Below are positions 21,010 to 30,594 of a stretch of DNA of 64,000 bases, piece after piece. Positions within the stretch are counted from its first letter, which is position 1, and every line of letters starts with the position of its first letter. The notes under the pieces are model-generated. The model had not been told where the DNA came from, made no database searches, and worked only from the letters and a program-made list of their open reading frames with translations. Where the stretch lies: NCBI GenBank assembly GCA_963754655.1, contig CAVWGN010000001.1, forward strand, positions 160,001 through 224,000. Direction: 5' to 3'. Source of the stretch: an uncultured Chlamydiae bacterium. Lineage in GTDB: Bacteria; Chlamydiota; Chlamydiia; Chlamydiales; Parachlamydiaceae. A program made the position numbers and the translations under genes.

Positions 21010-22161
21010 ATGAATCATTCCATCCCTTTCTTTTCTCGCTGCTCCCATTTTGGGCAGTGCGCAGGATGTAGTGAATACTTATCATTAGAGCCTCCTCCTA
21101 TATGGGAAGAGGTGTTATCTTTTTTTAATTTCTCTTCACCCCCAACTTTGCATGTAGGCTCTCCCGTTCATTGGCGCCATCGTGCCAAAATGGCCATTAG
21201 GGGAACCTTCACACATCCTCAAATTGGACTTTTTAAGCGCAATTCACATGAGGTTTTTTCCATTCCATTATGTTTAGTTCACCACCCTCATCTTAATCAA
21301 GCTTTTGAAATTGTTCGCAAATGGATGCAAATGCACGCACTTATTCCTTATGAAGAAAAAACTAGGCAAGGCGAGTTACGTTATTTGCAGGGGGTTGTGC
21401 AAAGGTCAACCGGTCAAGTTCAACTTGCCTTTGTTTTCAATTCTTCCTCTTTGAAAAAGGAGCAAGTCCGCCGTTGGCATGCACTTGTTGAGCAGCTGGG
21501 AAAAGAGCATTCCACCTTTTGGCATTCTTTATGGATCAATTTTAATGATCGTCCTGTCAACACGATTTTTGGACAAGAATGGCGTCATGTTTGGGGAGAA
21601 GAACAATTATGGGAACAATTTGGAGAAGTGGCAGTTTGTTATGGTCCTGCAAGCTTTGGCCAGGCGAATTTGCCCCTTTTTGAACGTATGCTCAATCGCA
21701 TCTGCGAATTGTTACCCCATCAAGCGCGTGTAGCCGAATTTTATGCAGGAGTCGGAGCGATAGGATTATGCATTTCTCCGCATTGCCAATGGGTTCGCTG
21801 CAGCGAGATGAATCCTTTTGCAGAGACTTATTTTCAACAAGCACGCGCACAAATGTCCTCACATCTATCTTCTCGTTTAACATTTTTCTCAGGAACTACT
21901 CAAGATACTCTTTCGCTTTTAGAAGATGCTACAACAGCCATTGTAGATCCTCCTAGAAAAGGATTACATATCCATTTCTTTTCTGCTTTAAAAGATGCTC
22001 AAACTGTTCGACAACTATTATACATTAGTTGCGGATGGGAATCTTTCAAACAAGATTGTCAAAAATTATGCGAGGAAGGATGGAAAGTGCAAAGTGTTGA
22101 TGGCTATCATTTTTTTCCGGGCAGCAATCACATAGAATTGTTGGTGCATTTTGAAAGATGA
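21010..22161 (+). CDS. RNA (uracil-5)-methyltransferase, TrmA/RlmD family
   Basis: CSHFGQCAGC, SFGQAN, EFYAGVG, IVDPPRKGL, YISC, FFPGSNHIE. Confidence 0.88.
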   Translation: MNHSIPFFSRCSHFGQCAGCSEYLSLEPPPIWEEVLSFFNFSSPPTLHVGSPVHWRHRAKMAIRGTFTHPQIGLFKRNSHEVFSIPLCLVHHPHLNQAFEIVRKWMQMHALIPYEEKTRQGELRYLQGVVQRSTGQVQLAFVFNSSSLKKEQVRRWHALVEQLGKEHSTFWHSLWINFNDRPVNTIFGQEWRHVWGEEQLWEQFGEVAVCYGPASFGQANLPLFERMLNRICELLPHQARVAEFYAGVGAIGLCISPHCQWVRCSEMNPFAETYFQQARAQMSSHLSSRLTFFSGTTQDTLSLLEDATTAIVDPPRKGLHIHFFSALKDAQTVRQLLYISCGWESFKQDCQKLCEEGWKVQSVDGYHFFPGSNHIELLVHFER

Positions 22162-22178
22162 AATTGATTACTTGTTGA

Positions 22179-23261
22179 TTACTTTTTGGTTTTATCAAGA
22201 TTATTTTGTTCGTTGCTTGGCATGTTCGTATCAAAAAATTTCAGAGCCGCATTACCAATTGCTTCATGCATTTGTGCTCGGTTTACGCCAGGGGCGTCAA
22301 TGCAGGCTTCCGGAAATGCGTCTTTACCCATTTGGTCGCATTCATTGACAAAGATTTCATGATCCACCGGGCCTGGAATGACTTCCAATTTTACATTAGG
22401 AATATATTTAGCTGCAAATTCTGCATTTTCTTTGACGGGGGCTTGTGTATCAATTGAGCCAACAATAATATAGGTGGGGATTTTCAGCTGTTGAAGTCCT
22501 TCTTTATCCATTCCAAAACCTTGAATATCGCCGGGAGCCATCGAAAAAACTGCTTTAACACGACTGTCGTGAACATTGAGTGTTTGCTCTGCATCGAGTG
22601 GTAACTCTTTTCGCAAATATTCTGGCACCATTGGATTATTAATCCACCAGCGTTGAAAATCGAGATATTTATTAGGATTAACTTTTGCTCCACCTATCCA
22701 AAGCGCTGTAAAACCACCTTGTGAGTGACCGGCAACTCCAATTCGATTCGCATCAATGTGTGGTCCCCAAAACTTGTCTTCCAATAAAAAGGAGATGATT
22801 AGGCTGATATCCAGTGGACGCTGCCAAAGCTTATTTGCCAAGTACATAATCGTTGAATCATATGTGTTGGCACGATAATGATAAATACTTGCGACAATAT
22901 AACCGCGCGCCGCTAAGAATTCAGCGAACCAAGCGTAATAAATTCCATTACTACCACGACCATGTGAAAATAGGATAAGGGGCCGTTTGACGTTATCGGA
23001 TAAGGGTGGAGCATCTTGATAGATTTTTAGCTTAGTGAAAAAGGGTATGCGAGTAGGCGTTATTTCATTTTGAATAACAGCTGGATAGAATAATGCAAAT
23101 GTCACATGGCGATCAATGCTTCCTGGAGCAACAAATTCCATTTGTTTCATTCCAACTGGATAGAGAGCCTTAGATGAATCATTTTCGACGGCTATTACTC
23201 TAGAGCACACCATCAGGTAACAAAGCATACTTAAAAAGAAATGATTGGTTGACATAGTCAC
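22179..23261 (-). CDS. Secreted alpha/beta hydrolase (dienelactone hydrolase/PAF-AH-like)
   Basis: Signal peptide; PLILFSHG, GHSQGG nucleophile elbow, D and H downstream. Confidence 0.82.
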   Translation of the reverse strand: MTMSTNHFFLSMLCYLMVCSRVIAVENDSSKALYPVGMKQMEFVAPGSIDRHVTFALFYPAVIQNEITPTRIPFFTKLKIYQDAPPLSDNVKRPLILFSHGRGSNGIYYAWFAEFLAARGYIVASIYHYRANTYDSTIMYLANKLWQRPLDISLIISFLLEDKFWGPHIDANRIGVAGHSQGGFTALWIGGAKVNPNKYLDFQRWWINNPMVPEYLRKELPLDAEQTLNVHDSRVKAVFSMAPGDIQGFGMDKEGLQQLKIPTYIIVGSIDTQAPVKENAEFAAKYIPNVKLEVIPGPVDHEIFVNECDQMGKDAFPEACIDAPGVNRAQMHEAIGNAALKFFDTNMPSNEQNNLDKTKK

Positions 23262-23535
23262 AGCTCTGTTTTTGGTAATAATTTAGTGCTCTAGTATTCT
23301 TTATCCATATATCCATATGCTCCAATCCCCTCCTATTGTCAATTAATTTTTTAAAATTTTATCCATTATCACCTTTATTAAGAAGACGGGTCAAGTTAGA
23401 GAATTTTAAATTCATAAACATCTTGTTTTGTTTCATTTATAATTGAATTTGTCAACCTCCTTTTCTATCGACAATAAATGAAATCCTTTTTATAGATGAG
23501 TTTAATTAAAAATAAGTAGAGAGAGGAGTTTTCTT

Positions 23536-23742
23536 ATGTCAAACTCAGCCTGGATACGTGATTGGGATACAGCAAGGCTTTTAATATTAAGACGATGGGA
23601 TAAAATAAAACCTCAAGAACTTGAATATGCTCCTGCCCTATTTGGTGAGGTAGTGAAGATTATTCAAAAACATTATCACGACGACCCCAAACCCAATATA
23701 GAATCAGATTTAAGAAATTTGATCGACCAAATAGATCGATAA
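23536..23742 (+). CDS. Small hypothetical protein
   Basis: Good RBS (gagagga) and ATG; no recognisable motif. Confidence 0.5.
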   Translation: MSNSAWIRDWDTARLLILRRWDKIKPQELEYAPALFGEVVKIIQKHYHDDPKPNIESDLRNLIDQIDR

Positions 23743-23840
23743 GATTCAGGGTATTTTTTGAGAAAATCTTGTGAGATCTAAACAAATATCCCTAGTAGTT
23801 TTGCGTATTTGGACTGCTTGAAGGAGGACTAGTCCTTAAG

Positions 23841-23896
23841 GAAAAGAATCTGGGTGATAGGATTCGAACCTACGACCCCTTGCACCCCATGCAAGT
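23841..23896 (-). repeat. att site: displaced 3' half of tRNA-Pro
   Basis: gaaaagaatctgggtgataggattcgaacctacgaccccttgcaccccatgcaagt versus 34445-34500; identical 25-bp core acgaccccttgcaccccatgcaagt. Confidence 0.92.
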
Positions 23897-24034
23897 TTAT
23901 CTGTGTCTTATTCAGTTTAATTTAGTCTCATCCAGTCTCACAAAAATCAACTTCACAATGCATCTTAGATGTTGATATCTAATTTTACTTGTCTTATCAT
24001 GTCTTCATGAATTCGATGCAATTTCATGTGGTCT

Positions 24035-24056
24035 CATCCACCACCTATTCACCACC
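24035..24056 (+). repeat. Putative integrase arm-type sites (left)
   Basis: catccaccacctattcaccacc; counterpart at 34369-34390 in the same orientation. Confidence 0.65.
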
Positions 24057-24067
24057 CAGAGATTTTC

Positions 24068-25384
24068 ATGAGCATGAGCAATACTATACCACGTAGCAGC
24101 GGGGATGACTACTGTCAAAAGTTAAAACCGCAAGAAAAGGCGATTTATATTCGCGATTCGCAGGTCAAGGGCTTAGTTCTGCGGGTTAAACCGACAGGAT
24201 CAAAATCTTGGATTTTTTGCTATTCAGTTCCTTGTCCTAAAAGAAAATGGAGGGAAAGAAAAAAAGGACTTGGGCCCTTCAGGCTCGGACGAAACGATGC
24301 AGCAGGACTCACAGTTAATGCAGCTCGCATGGAAGCTGAGCGATTGAAAAATGAAGTGAGACATAATCAAGCAGATCCTGTTGAAGATAAAAGAAGATTG
24401 GCAGCTGAAATACGTCGCGAAAAAGCGAATAATATTTTTGTCAGTGAGCTTTTCGAAAAATGGTTTGATGCCGATCTAGTAAATCGTAAAGATAAAGGAG
24501 CAGAGGCTCGCCGAATGATGTTGAAAGATGTACTTCCTGACATCGGTAACTTCAACATCAAAGATGTTCAGAAGAGCCAAATCTTTGAAATTACCGATAA
24601 ATTATTAAAACGAGGCGTTAACCGGATGGCAAAAGTGGTTTTTAGCTTAATCCGGCAGATGTTTCGCTTTGCTGTAGCTCGTGATCTTTTAAAAATTGAT
24701 CCCACAGCATCGATTAGTAAAATCAATATCGGTGGCTCGAATGTAGAACGAGATAGACTCTTAACTGAAGATGAAATCAAAGAATTGGCCAAAAAGCTAC
24801 CAGAAGCCAACATGAAGGAAGTCAGCATCATTGCAATCTGGATTACTCTTGCGACATGTTGTCGTATTGGAGAAATTTTAAGGGCTCGTTGGTCGCATTT
24901 TGATATGAATAAAAGAATTTGGGAAATCCCTGCAGAACATAGCAAGAATGAAAAGGAACATACAGTATTTCTATCCGATTTTGCCTTCGATTTATTTCAA
25001 AAGCTTCAGGCGATCACAGGAAATAGCGAGTGGTGTTTTCCAACAAAAGAGAAAAGTTCTCACATATGCGTTAAAACGATTACCAAACAAGTTTCCGATC
25101 GGCAACGGAAAAAAGACCCATATTCCAAAAGAGCACAACTAACAGATATTCTGATACTTTCGAAAGGCATTTGGAAACCACATGATTTAAGAAGAACAGG
25201 CGCTACTCTGATGACTTCATTGGGCGTGCTTCCCGAGGTTGCTGAACGCTGTCTTAACCACGCTGAAGAAAACAAAGTCAAAAGAATCTATCAACGTTAT
25301 GGTTACGAGCCGGAAATGAAACAAGCTTGGGAAAAGCTTGGAGACCACCTTAATAAGCTAATCACTGAAAAATCACATCACTGA
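24068..25384 (+). CDS. int: P4-like tyrosine integrase with N-terminal arm-binding domain
   Basis: GLVLRVKPTGSKSWIF arm domain; R (CCRIGEI), K (SKN), HDLRR, LNH and Y catalytic residues present. Confidence 0.95.
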   Translation: MSMSNTIPRSSGDDYCQKLKPQEKAIYIRDSQVKGLVLRVKPTGSKSWIFCYSVPCPKRKWRERKKGLGPFRLGRNDAAGLTVNAARMEAERLKNEVRHNQADPVEDKRRLAAEIRREKANNIFVSELFEKWFDADLVNRKDKGAEARRMMLKDVLPDIGNFNIKDVQKSQIFEITDKLLKRGVNRMAKVVFSLIRQMFRFAVARDLLKIDPTASISKINIGGSNVERDRLLTEDEIKELAKKLPEANMKEVSIIAIWITLATCCRIGEILRARWSHFDMNKRIWEIPAEHSKNEKEHTVFLSDFAFDLFQKLQAITGNSEWCFPTKEKSSHICVKTITKQVSDRQRKKDPYSKRAQLTDILILSKGIWKPHDLRRTGATLMTSLGVLPEVAERCLNHAEENKVKRIYQRYGYEPEMKQAWEKLGDHLNKLITEKSHH

Positions 25385-25391
25385 GGTTTTC

Positions 25392-26159
25392 ATGTATAAA
25401 ACTTTTAAACCCAATATTTCAGCTGATTTTCTAAAAACAATGGAAGATAGCCTTCTTGTAAAAGCTCTTATAGAAAGAGCAGGTATAAGTGCATTTAAAA
25501 TGCTTAGTCGATTCACATTAACTTTACCGTTTGCATCGAATCCTGCAGATTGGCTTGTAGAATCAGATGTAAGCCTTCCCAATCAGCTTCCTGATATCAT
25601 TCTATTTCTTAAATATGCATGGCTTTATTCCGAACGTGAGCAAAATGAGCATGTTGACCGGTTGAGAAAATCGGTCTCTGATGAGGTAACATCTTTTGAA
25701 AAAGATCTCTTAATCGAAAATGAGCAAAAGAAGCAGCGCGCAACTGCTAAATTGCTAAGAAATCGCGAAGAAGAGATCAGAACAGCTGAAGAAGAATTGA
25801 TTCGATCTCAATTGCAGTTGAAATCTCAAAACTCTCAAATAAAACAGCAAAAAAAAGATCTTAAAGGTATCCAAAAAGAGTTAGAAATCAAGCGGCAAAA
25901 AGAAAGAGAAAGTAGTATTAGACACTCAGAAGCTGCCAGCAAGCCTCGTAGCTGCGAAGAGCTGAACGAATATCTTGAGGACTTGGTAACGAATAATCCT
26001 GGTAAACTTCCTGGCGAATTGTGGGCTCTCATCCCTAGAGAAAGAGATGGAAGCGATGTTTATAAAGAAAATAACAAAATATGTCATGAAGGATGTAGGT
26101 GTAAACCATTTGGTAAGAAAGCTTTTACCCAAGGATTCAAAAAATCAATGAAAAATTAA
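25392..26159 (+). CDS. Hypothetical coiled-coil protein of the element
   Basis: Long K/E/Q-rich heptad region; lies between int and alpA. Confidence 0.6.
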   Translation: MYKTFKPNISADFLKTMEDSLLVKALIERAGISAFKMLSRFTLTLPFASNPADWLVESDVSLPNQLPDIILFLKYAWLYSEREQNEHVDRLRKSVSDEVTSFEKDLLIENEQKKQRATAKLLRNREEEIRTAEEELIRSQLQLKSQNSQIKQQKKDLKGIQKELEIKRQKERESSIRHSEAASKPRSCEELNEYLEDLVTNNPGKLPGELWALIPRERDGSDVYKENNKICHEGCRCKPFGKKAFTQGFKKSMKN

Positions 26160-26243
26160 GGGAGAATTCTAGCTAGCCACGCTAAAAAGAATCCAGTGTG
26201 AGACCGTATGCACATAGTTAACAACAAAGGAGACTATGTGCAA

Positions 26244-26434
26244 ATGCAATCCACAACATTTTTAAAAGTCATTCAAGTGCCGATCGCTACAGTGTAAATC
26301 GATCTACGATTTGGCGATGGGTCAAACACGGACACTTCCCCAAACCAAAGAAAATTAGCTGCGGTTCAAGTCGATGGAGTATAATAGACCTTGAACAATG
26401 GGAGTACTTAAAAACTTTAAGGGAGGATAAATGA
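26244..26434 (+). pseudogene. alpA: AlpA-family excisionase/regulator, frameshifted
   Basis: MQSTTFLKVIQV / -1 shift near 26278 / ADRYSVNRSTIWRWVKHGHFPKPKKISCGSSRWSIIDLEQW; RBS aaaggag upstream; missed by the ORF track. Confidence 0.85.
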
Positions 26435-27078
26435 TGTCAAAATCAAATCCTTCCGAAAAAAAAGATGCCGTCCAGACTATGGACGGCATCCTTATAGATC
26501 AAAAAGCTAATCCGAACAACGTCAAGTCTATCGAAGATCACCCAAAAATACAACATAATGCCTTCAAAATTATGACTGCAAAGGGTGTTGTTCTTGCAAA
26601 ATCTATTAAAAGCACGTTAAAGCAGTTACATGAATGCCGATTTAGTGATTGCTATAGGGCATTTATCTGCCCAATTGCGAAGAAAAGTGAAGTTCAAGTC
26701 TTCCTGGATAAATTCGCGATAGAAGCTGAATTAATAGACGTTTTTGCCGACCTTGAAAAAAGCCGAAAAGTCGATGGGCTGGAAACTCGCTTGAGCATAC
26801 TCGATCAAGAAATATATAAGACATTCAATGATTTCGTTATTAAAGCTCATCAATACGATCCCGAGCGGCCGTACCATGATTTTGAAGTAGAGCCTCTTCC
26901 ATATGATTCTGATAAGCCAAACGATGATATTCGTTTTCGTATTGAACAAGATCTTTACGAACAGTCAGTCAAAAGAAAGAGTATGGAAAAGGAGAGAGAG
27001 AATCTTAGGCGCTCTATAGAATTACACGATACTGAGGCCCTGAAAAAGGAGGAGGCGAAGAAACGCGACTTAGCTTAA
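26431..27078 (+). CDS. Hypothetical protein, possibly the N-terminal part of the replication protein
   Basis: Overlaps the alpA stop, RBS ggagg; ends 14 bp before the AAA ORF, which is in the -1 frame. Confidence 0.55.
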   Translation: MMSKSNPSEKKDAVQTMDGILIDQKANPNNVKSIEDHPKIQHNAFKIMTAKGVVLAKSIKSTLKQLHECRFSDCYRAFICPIAKKSEVQVFLDKFAIEAELIDVFADLEKSRKVDGLETRLSILDQEIYKTFNDFVIKAHQYDPERPYHDFEVEPLPYDSDKPNDDIRFRIEQDLYEQSVKRKSMEKERENLRRSIELHDTEALKKEEAKKRDLA

Positions 27079-27092
27079 AAGAATTCATATTC

Positions 27093-28082
27093 GTGAAGGC
27101 AAGTGAACTTGAAATATCGCCTCCAAAATGGATTGTTGAAGATTATTTTGAAGAGAATAGTTTAGCGCAAATCTTTGGAGACCCGGCTTCTGGCAAGAGT
27201 TTTATTGCATTGGATTTGGCTGCGTCCATCGCTACTGGAAAGTCTTGGATGGGTAAAGAAGTAAAGAAAGGAGTCGTTTTTTATATAGCTGGAGAGGCGC
27301 ATAATGGCCTATCACGACGCTTGAAAGCGTGGAGTGAATATCATAAATTGGTTATTGAAGATTTGTATATTAGTAAACAACCTGCTCAATTTATGGATGA
27401 GAACCATGCAAAAGTTGTTTCAGAAGCGATTCGGAATTTATCAATGTTACACGGAAAACCGGTTCTTGTCGTCATTGACACTCTTGCTCGGAATTTTGGT
27501 AGTGGAGATGAAAGTAAAACTCAAGACATGAACAGATTTATTTATTCAATCGACATGTATATAAGGCTCCCGTTTTCATGTTGTATTCTGATCGTTCATC
27601 ACACTGGACATAACGAGAAAGAGCGAGCAAGAGGCGCGATGGCTTTAAAGGTTGCTCTGGACGCTGAATATTGCATTAAGAAAAAGAATGAATTGATTTC
27701 AATGATTGCCACTAAAATGAAGGACGCCGAATTACCTGCTTCTATTTCGTTCCATCTAACTCCTGTGAACATTGGCATTGTAGATCACAAAGGTAGAAGC
27801 ATCAACAGTGCAGTTTTAAAGCTTACATCCTGCGTTGATGCTGATCTTGAAAAAATTAAAGCCTTAATCCCTGACATTGGAATCAACCAGGGAGATTTGA
27901 TAGAAAAGATCAAAGTCAATTTGGTGGATATGTCAAATGCAAAAGCTCTGGTGCTGCTAGAAGCAGGAGTAACTGCTTCTTACTGGCGTACAGAAAAAGG
28001 GAGGAACAATGCAACGATTTATAATCTGTTTTCTGGTTTTCAATCCTATAAGGATCAAGAAACCGAAAAACCAATGGAATGA
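27093..28082 (+). CDS. RepA-like/AAA_25 RecA-fold replicative helicase
   Basis: FGDPASGKS Walker A, YIAGE, VVIDTLAR, VHHTG, RG, KMKD. Confidence 0.85.
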   Translation: MKASELEISPPKWIVEDYFEENSLAQIFGDPASGKSFIALDLAASIATGKSWMGKEVKKGVVFYIAGEAHNGLSRRLKAWSEYHKLVIEDLYISKQPAQFMDENHAKVVSEAIRNLSMLHGKPVLVVIDTLARNFGSGDESKTQDMNRFIYSIDMYIRLPFSCCILIVHHTGHNEKERARGAMALKVALDAEYCIKKKNELISMIATKMKDAELPASISFHLTPVNIGIVDHKGRSINSAVLKLTSCVDADLEKIKALIPDIGINQGDLIEKIKVNLVDMSNAKALVLLEAGVTASYWRTEKGRNNATIYNLFSGFQSYKDQETEKPME

Positions 28083-28150
28083 ACAATATCGGAAAGGTGG
28101 TGGGTGGTTTTTTGGTTTTTCAATGTCAGCTTCGAAAAACCAGAAAACCG
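28025..28150. repeat. Iteron-like short repeats at the 3' end of rep (putative element ori)
   Basis: tttctggttttc, gaaaccgaaaaacc, ggttttttggtttttc, gaaaaaccagaaaacc in both orientations. Confidence 0.5.
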
Positions 28151-28175
28151 TCCGATTAATTGGGTGGTGATTCAT

Positions 28176-28616
28176 ATGCCTGAAAATGCAGGAAAAATGC
28201 AGGTATCTGGAAAATTCCAGAAAGGTCAATCTGGAAATCCGAATGGCAAAGCAAAAGGCACAAAAAATCGTGCTACGCTTGCTGCTGAACAGCTGTTACA
28301 AGGAGATTTGGATAGTATTTGTCGAAAGTTGGTTGAAGAGGCTTTGACTGGCAATGTGCAGGCTATCAAACTCGTTCTAGATCGCGTGCTGCCACCAAAG
28401 AAAGATCGTGTTATTGATGTTCAGCTTCCAAAACTACAAACCACAGATGATGCCGTGAATGCGATATCAATAATCATTGATGCTCTAGGAAGTGGAGAGA
28501 TTACGCCAAGTGAGGGAGAAGCTATGTCTAGAGTTGTTGATGTGTTTATAAAGACCTTGCAGGAATATGAGATTGAAAAAAGGGTTAGCATGTTGGAGCA
28601 AGGACTGAAGAAATGA
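28176..28616 (+). CDS. DUF5681-domain protein (phage terminase small subunit-like)
   Basis: KFQKGQSGNPNGKAKGTKN and A.TGNVQAIKLVLDR motifs; start placed at ATG 28176. Confidence 0.7.
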   Translation: MPENAGKMQVSGKFQKGQSGNPNGKAKGTKNRATLAAEQLLQGDLDSICRKLVEEALTGNVQAIKLVLDRVLPPKKDRVIDVQLPKLQTTDDAVNAISIIIDALGSGEITPSEGEAMSRVVDVFIKTLQEYEIEKRVSMLEQGLKK

Positions 28617-28837
28617 CAAAATCAATTGAAAGGCGGGTGAAAAAGCTTGAAAACTCGTTGAATACTAATCGGAGTAAACGACGAGTGGCAACCGTGGTTT
28701 ATGATCCAAATATTTGCCCGCAATCCAATCTCCCTCTGATCGATGCAGATGTTATCTTGTGCTTGCCCGATAACGGGCACAGAATGCCTAAAGATCAACC
28801 TATACCGCCTGAGGGATATTTGATAGCCTACTCATAG
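28613..28837 (+). CDS. Small hypothetical phage-like protein
   Basis: ATGA overlap with the DUF5681 gene; SIERRVKKLE...LPDNGHR. Confidence 0.6.
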   Translation: MTKSIERRVKKLENSLNTNRSKRRVATVVYDPNICPQSNLPLIDADVILCLPDNGHRMPKDQPIPPEGYLIAYS

Positions 28838-28923
28838 TTTTTTTGAAATCAACACTTATGGCAGCTGTGCAGCTTTTTTATGCATAGTGTTGCATAGTAA
28901 AATGCATAGCTGTGTTATACGTT

Positions 28924-30585
28924 TTATACTGTATACGCTTGATTTGGAGAGTTTCCTCTTTCAGGATAAATATATTTCAATTTGCCGTCTTTGACTAGTG
29001 GGGTTAAATATTGCGTTACTAAATGTTTTTTATCTTTCCTGTTAAGGAATTTTGCAATTTCTTGAGCCGTAAGAGGTTTCCAAGAACAAAGTGCGTAAAT
29101 TAGAGATCTAACTTCTTCATTTTTAGATCTTTTATTTAACTTTTCAATCTTTGACTTCAATACATCGGGTAGCTTTTCTACTTCTAAAAACTCTTCAAAC
29201 TGGTAGGTTTTGGACGCTAGCTGGTGGGTTTTGAGCTCAGACTGGCAGGTTTTAGGTTCCAACTGGTGGGTTTTATACTCAAATAGCCCGTCTTTCTCTT
29301 CATTTGATGTAGATTTTTTCTTTGAAGAAATTTTACGAGAGGCTTCAGCATGGATGGGTAAAGTCACTAAGAAAAAGCTTTGGTTTTCATCAGTTTCAAA
29401 TTTAGGCGACGGAGAACCATTAGTTACCATAGCGTTATGGATTTTAGGAACACCGGTGCAGCGGCCTTCCGTTAAGTGTAGTTCTTTAAGAAAATCCCCT
29501 ATGCGTCTATTTCTATACGTTCTAACTCGTACAGTTCCTTTGTTTAAATCTTCAATTTTAAGTGGAGGGAGAGGTCCTGGAAAAGACAAAATTTCAATAC
29601 GATCATTGTGGATGCTAACCTCAATTGGCTCTCTTTGAGCATAATTTTTATGATAGACTGCATTGGCTAAAACTTCTTCTAAAGCAACATAAGGATAGTT
29701 ATAGAAGCGGTCGGCTTCAGCGCGATCGGGTCGTTTACGTACCTCCTCTTTAATCAAGATTGATTGAAGATATCGCAATGCCTCTTTTAGCTGAATGTGA
29801 ATAGGACCTTTAAAAATTTTCTCTGAAAAGCTATCTCCAATTTCGTCGTGAAATTCTACAATATCAATCTGGGCACAGGGAAAGAATTTTTCAGGTTGGT
29901 CATTGAACATCAGAAGGCCGATGTTCAAAGGTTTCAAAAATTCTTCTGGACCCTGAACAATTTGCATTTGGCGACACAGATTGGTAAACGGAATTTTATC
30001 TACTTCAGAAATGAGGTCGCTTTTAACTTCGCGCAAGAAATCTTTGATTATCCCTAAATTCAGATCAGAAAGTTTAGCTTGATGGCAAATACGATCATCA
30101 AAAGGTACTTGATTGGCCATTTCGTGGAGTTTTTGAATATCGCTTGTCTGAGCTTTCACCGTCGAAGAATTTCGTCTGATGAAATATGCGTAAATAGCGT
30201 TTTTTCCTAATGTCTCTGGAGACTGATAGGGCCTTGTTTGCCCACCCGGACACCAAACGACCAGAATCATTTTGTCTTGGAAGATGACGGGTGCAACAAC
30301 TGGATTGTATTGAGGACGTATTCTGTGGCTCAGTTCCAGCATCTCTTTTTGAATCGAATCGATTTTATTGGGCGATAAGCCAGTAGGAGGAAAAACTGGT
30401 TGGCCATTTTCTTCTTTTACGCCAATAATGAGATACCCACCTCCCCAGTTGTTAATATCGTTGGCGAAGGCTGAAACGGTACGAATGAATGCTTCAGGAT
30501 TCCAACCTTCTTTGAATTCCAAACGCTCCCATTCGACAATCTGTCCTTTAAGCAATTCATCAATGTTTATTGGCAGCGCAGTCAT
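28924..30585 (-). CDS. AlbA_2/Schlafen-domain protein with HATPase_c_4-like and C-terminal HTH domains
   Basis: VEWERLEFKE, SAFAND..GG.LIIGV (AlbA/Schlafen); EVLANAVYH.NY, RN..I..FL, E..CTG.PKI; 7-aa tandem repeats KTHQLEP/KTCQSEL/KTHQLAS/KTYQFEE. Confidence 0.85.
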   Translation of the reverse strand: MTALPINIDELLKGQIVEWERLEFKEGWNPEAFIRTVSAFANDINNWGGGYLIIGVKEENGQPVFPPTGLSPNKIDSIQKEMLELSHRIRPQYNPVVAPVIFQDKMILVVWCPGGQTRPYQSPETLGKNAIYAYFIRRNSSTVKAQTSDIQKLHEMANQVPFDDRICHQAKLSDLNLGIIKDFLREVKSDLISEVDKIPFTNLCRQMQIVQGPEEFLKPLNIGLLMFNDQPEKFFPCAQIDIVEFHDEIGDSFSEKIFKGPIHIQLKEALRYLQSILIKEEVRKRPDRAEADRFYNYPYVALEEVLANAVYHKNYAQREPIEVSIHNDRIEILSFPGPLPPLKIEDLNKGTVRVRTYRNRRIGDFLKELHLTEGRCTGVPKIHNAMVTNGSPSPKFETDENQSFFLVTLPIHAEASRKISSKKKSTSNEEKDGLFEYKTHQLEPKTCQSELKTHQLASKTYQFEEFLEVEKLPDVLKSKIEKLNKRSKNEEVRSLIYALCSWKPLTAQEIAKFLNRKDKKHLVTQYLTPLVKDGKLKYIYPERGNSPNQAYTV

Positions 30586-30594
30586 TAAATATCC

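Noticed and set aside
23849..23896. Second tRNA-Pro gene
   Set aside because: It lacks the 5' acceptor strand and D-arm; it is the att duplication.
28855..28915. Three tgcatag repeats between convergent genes
   Set aside because: Too short to assign a function such as a packaging site.
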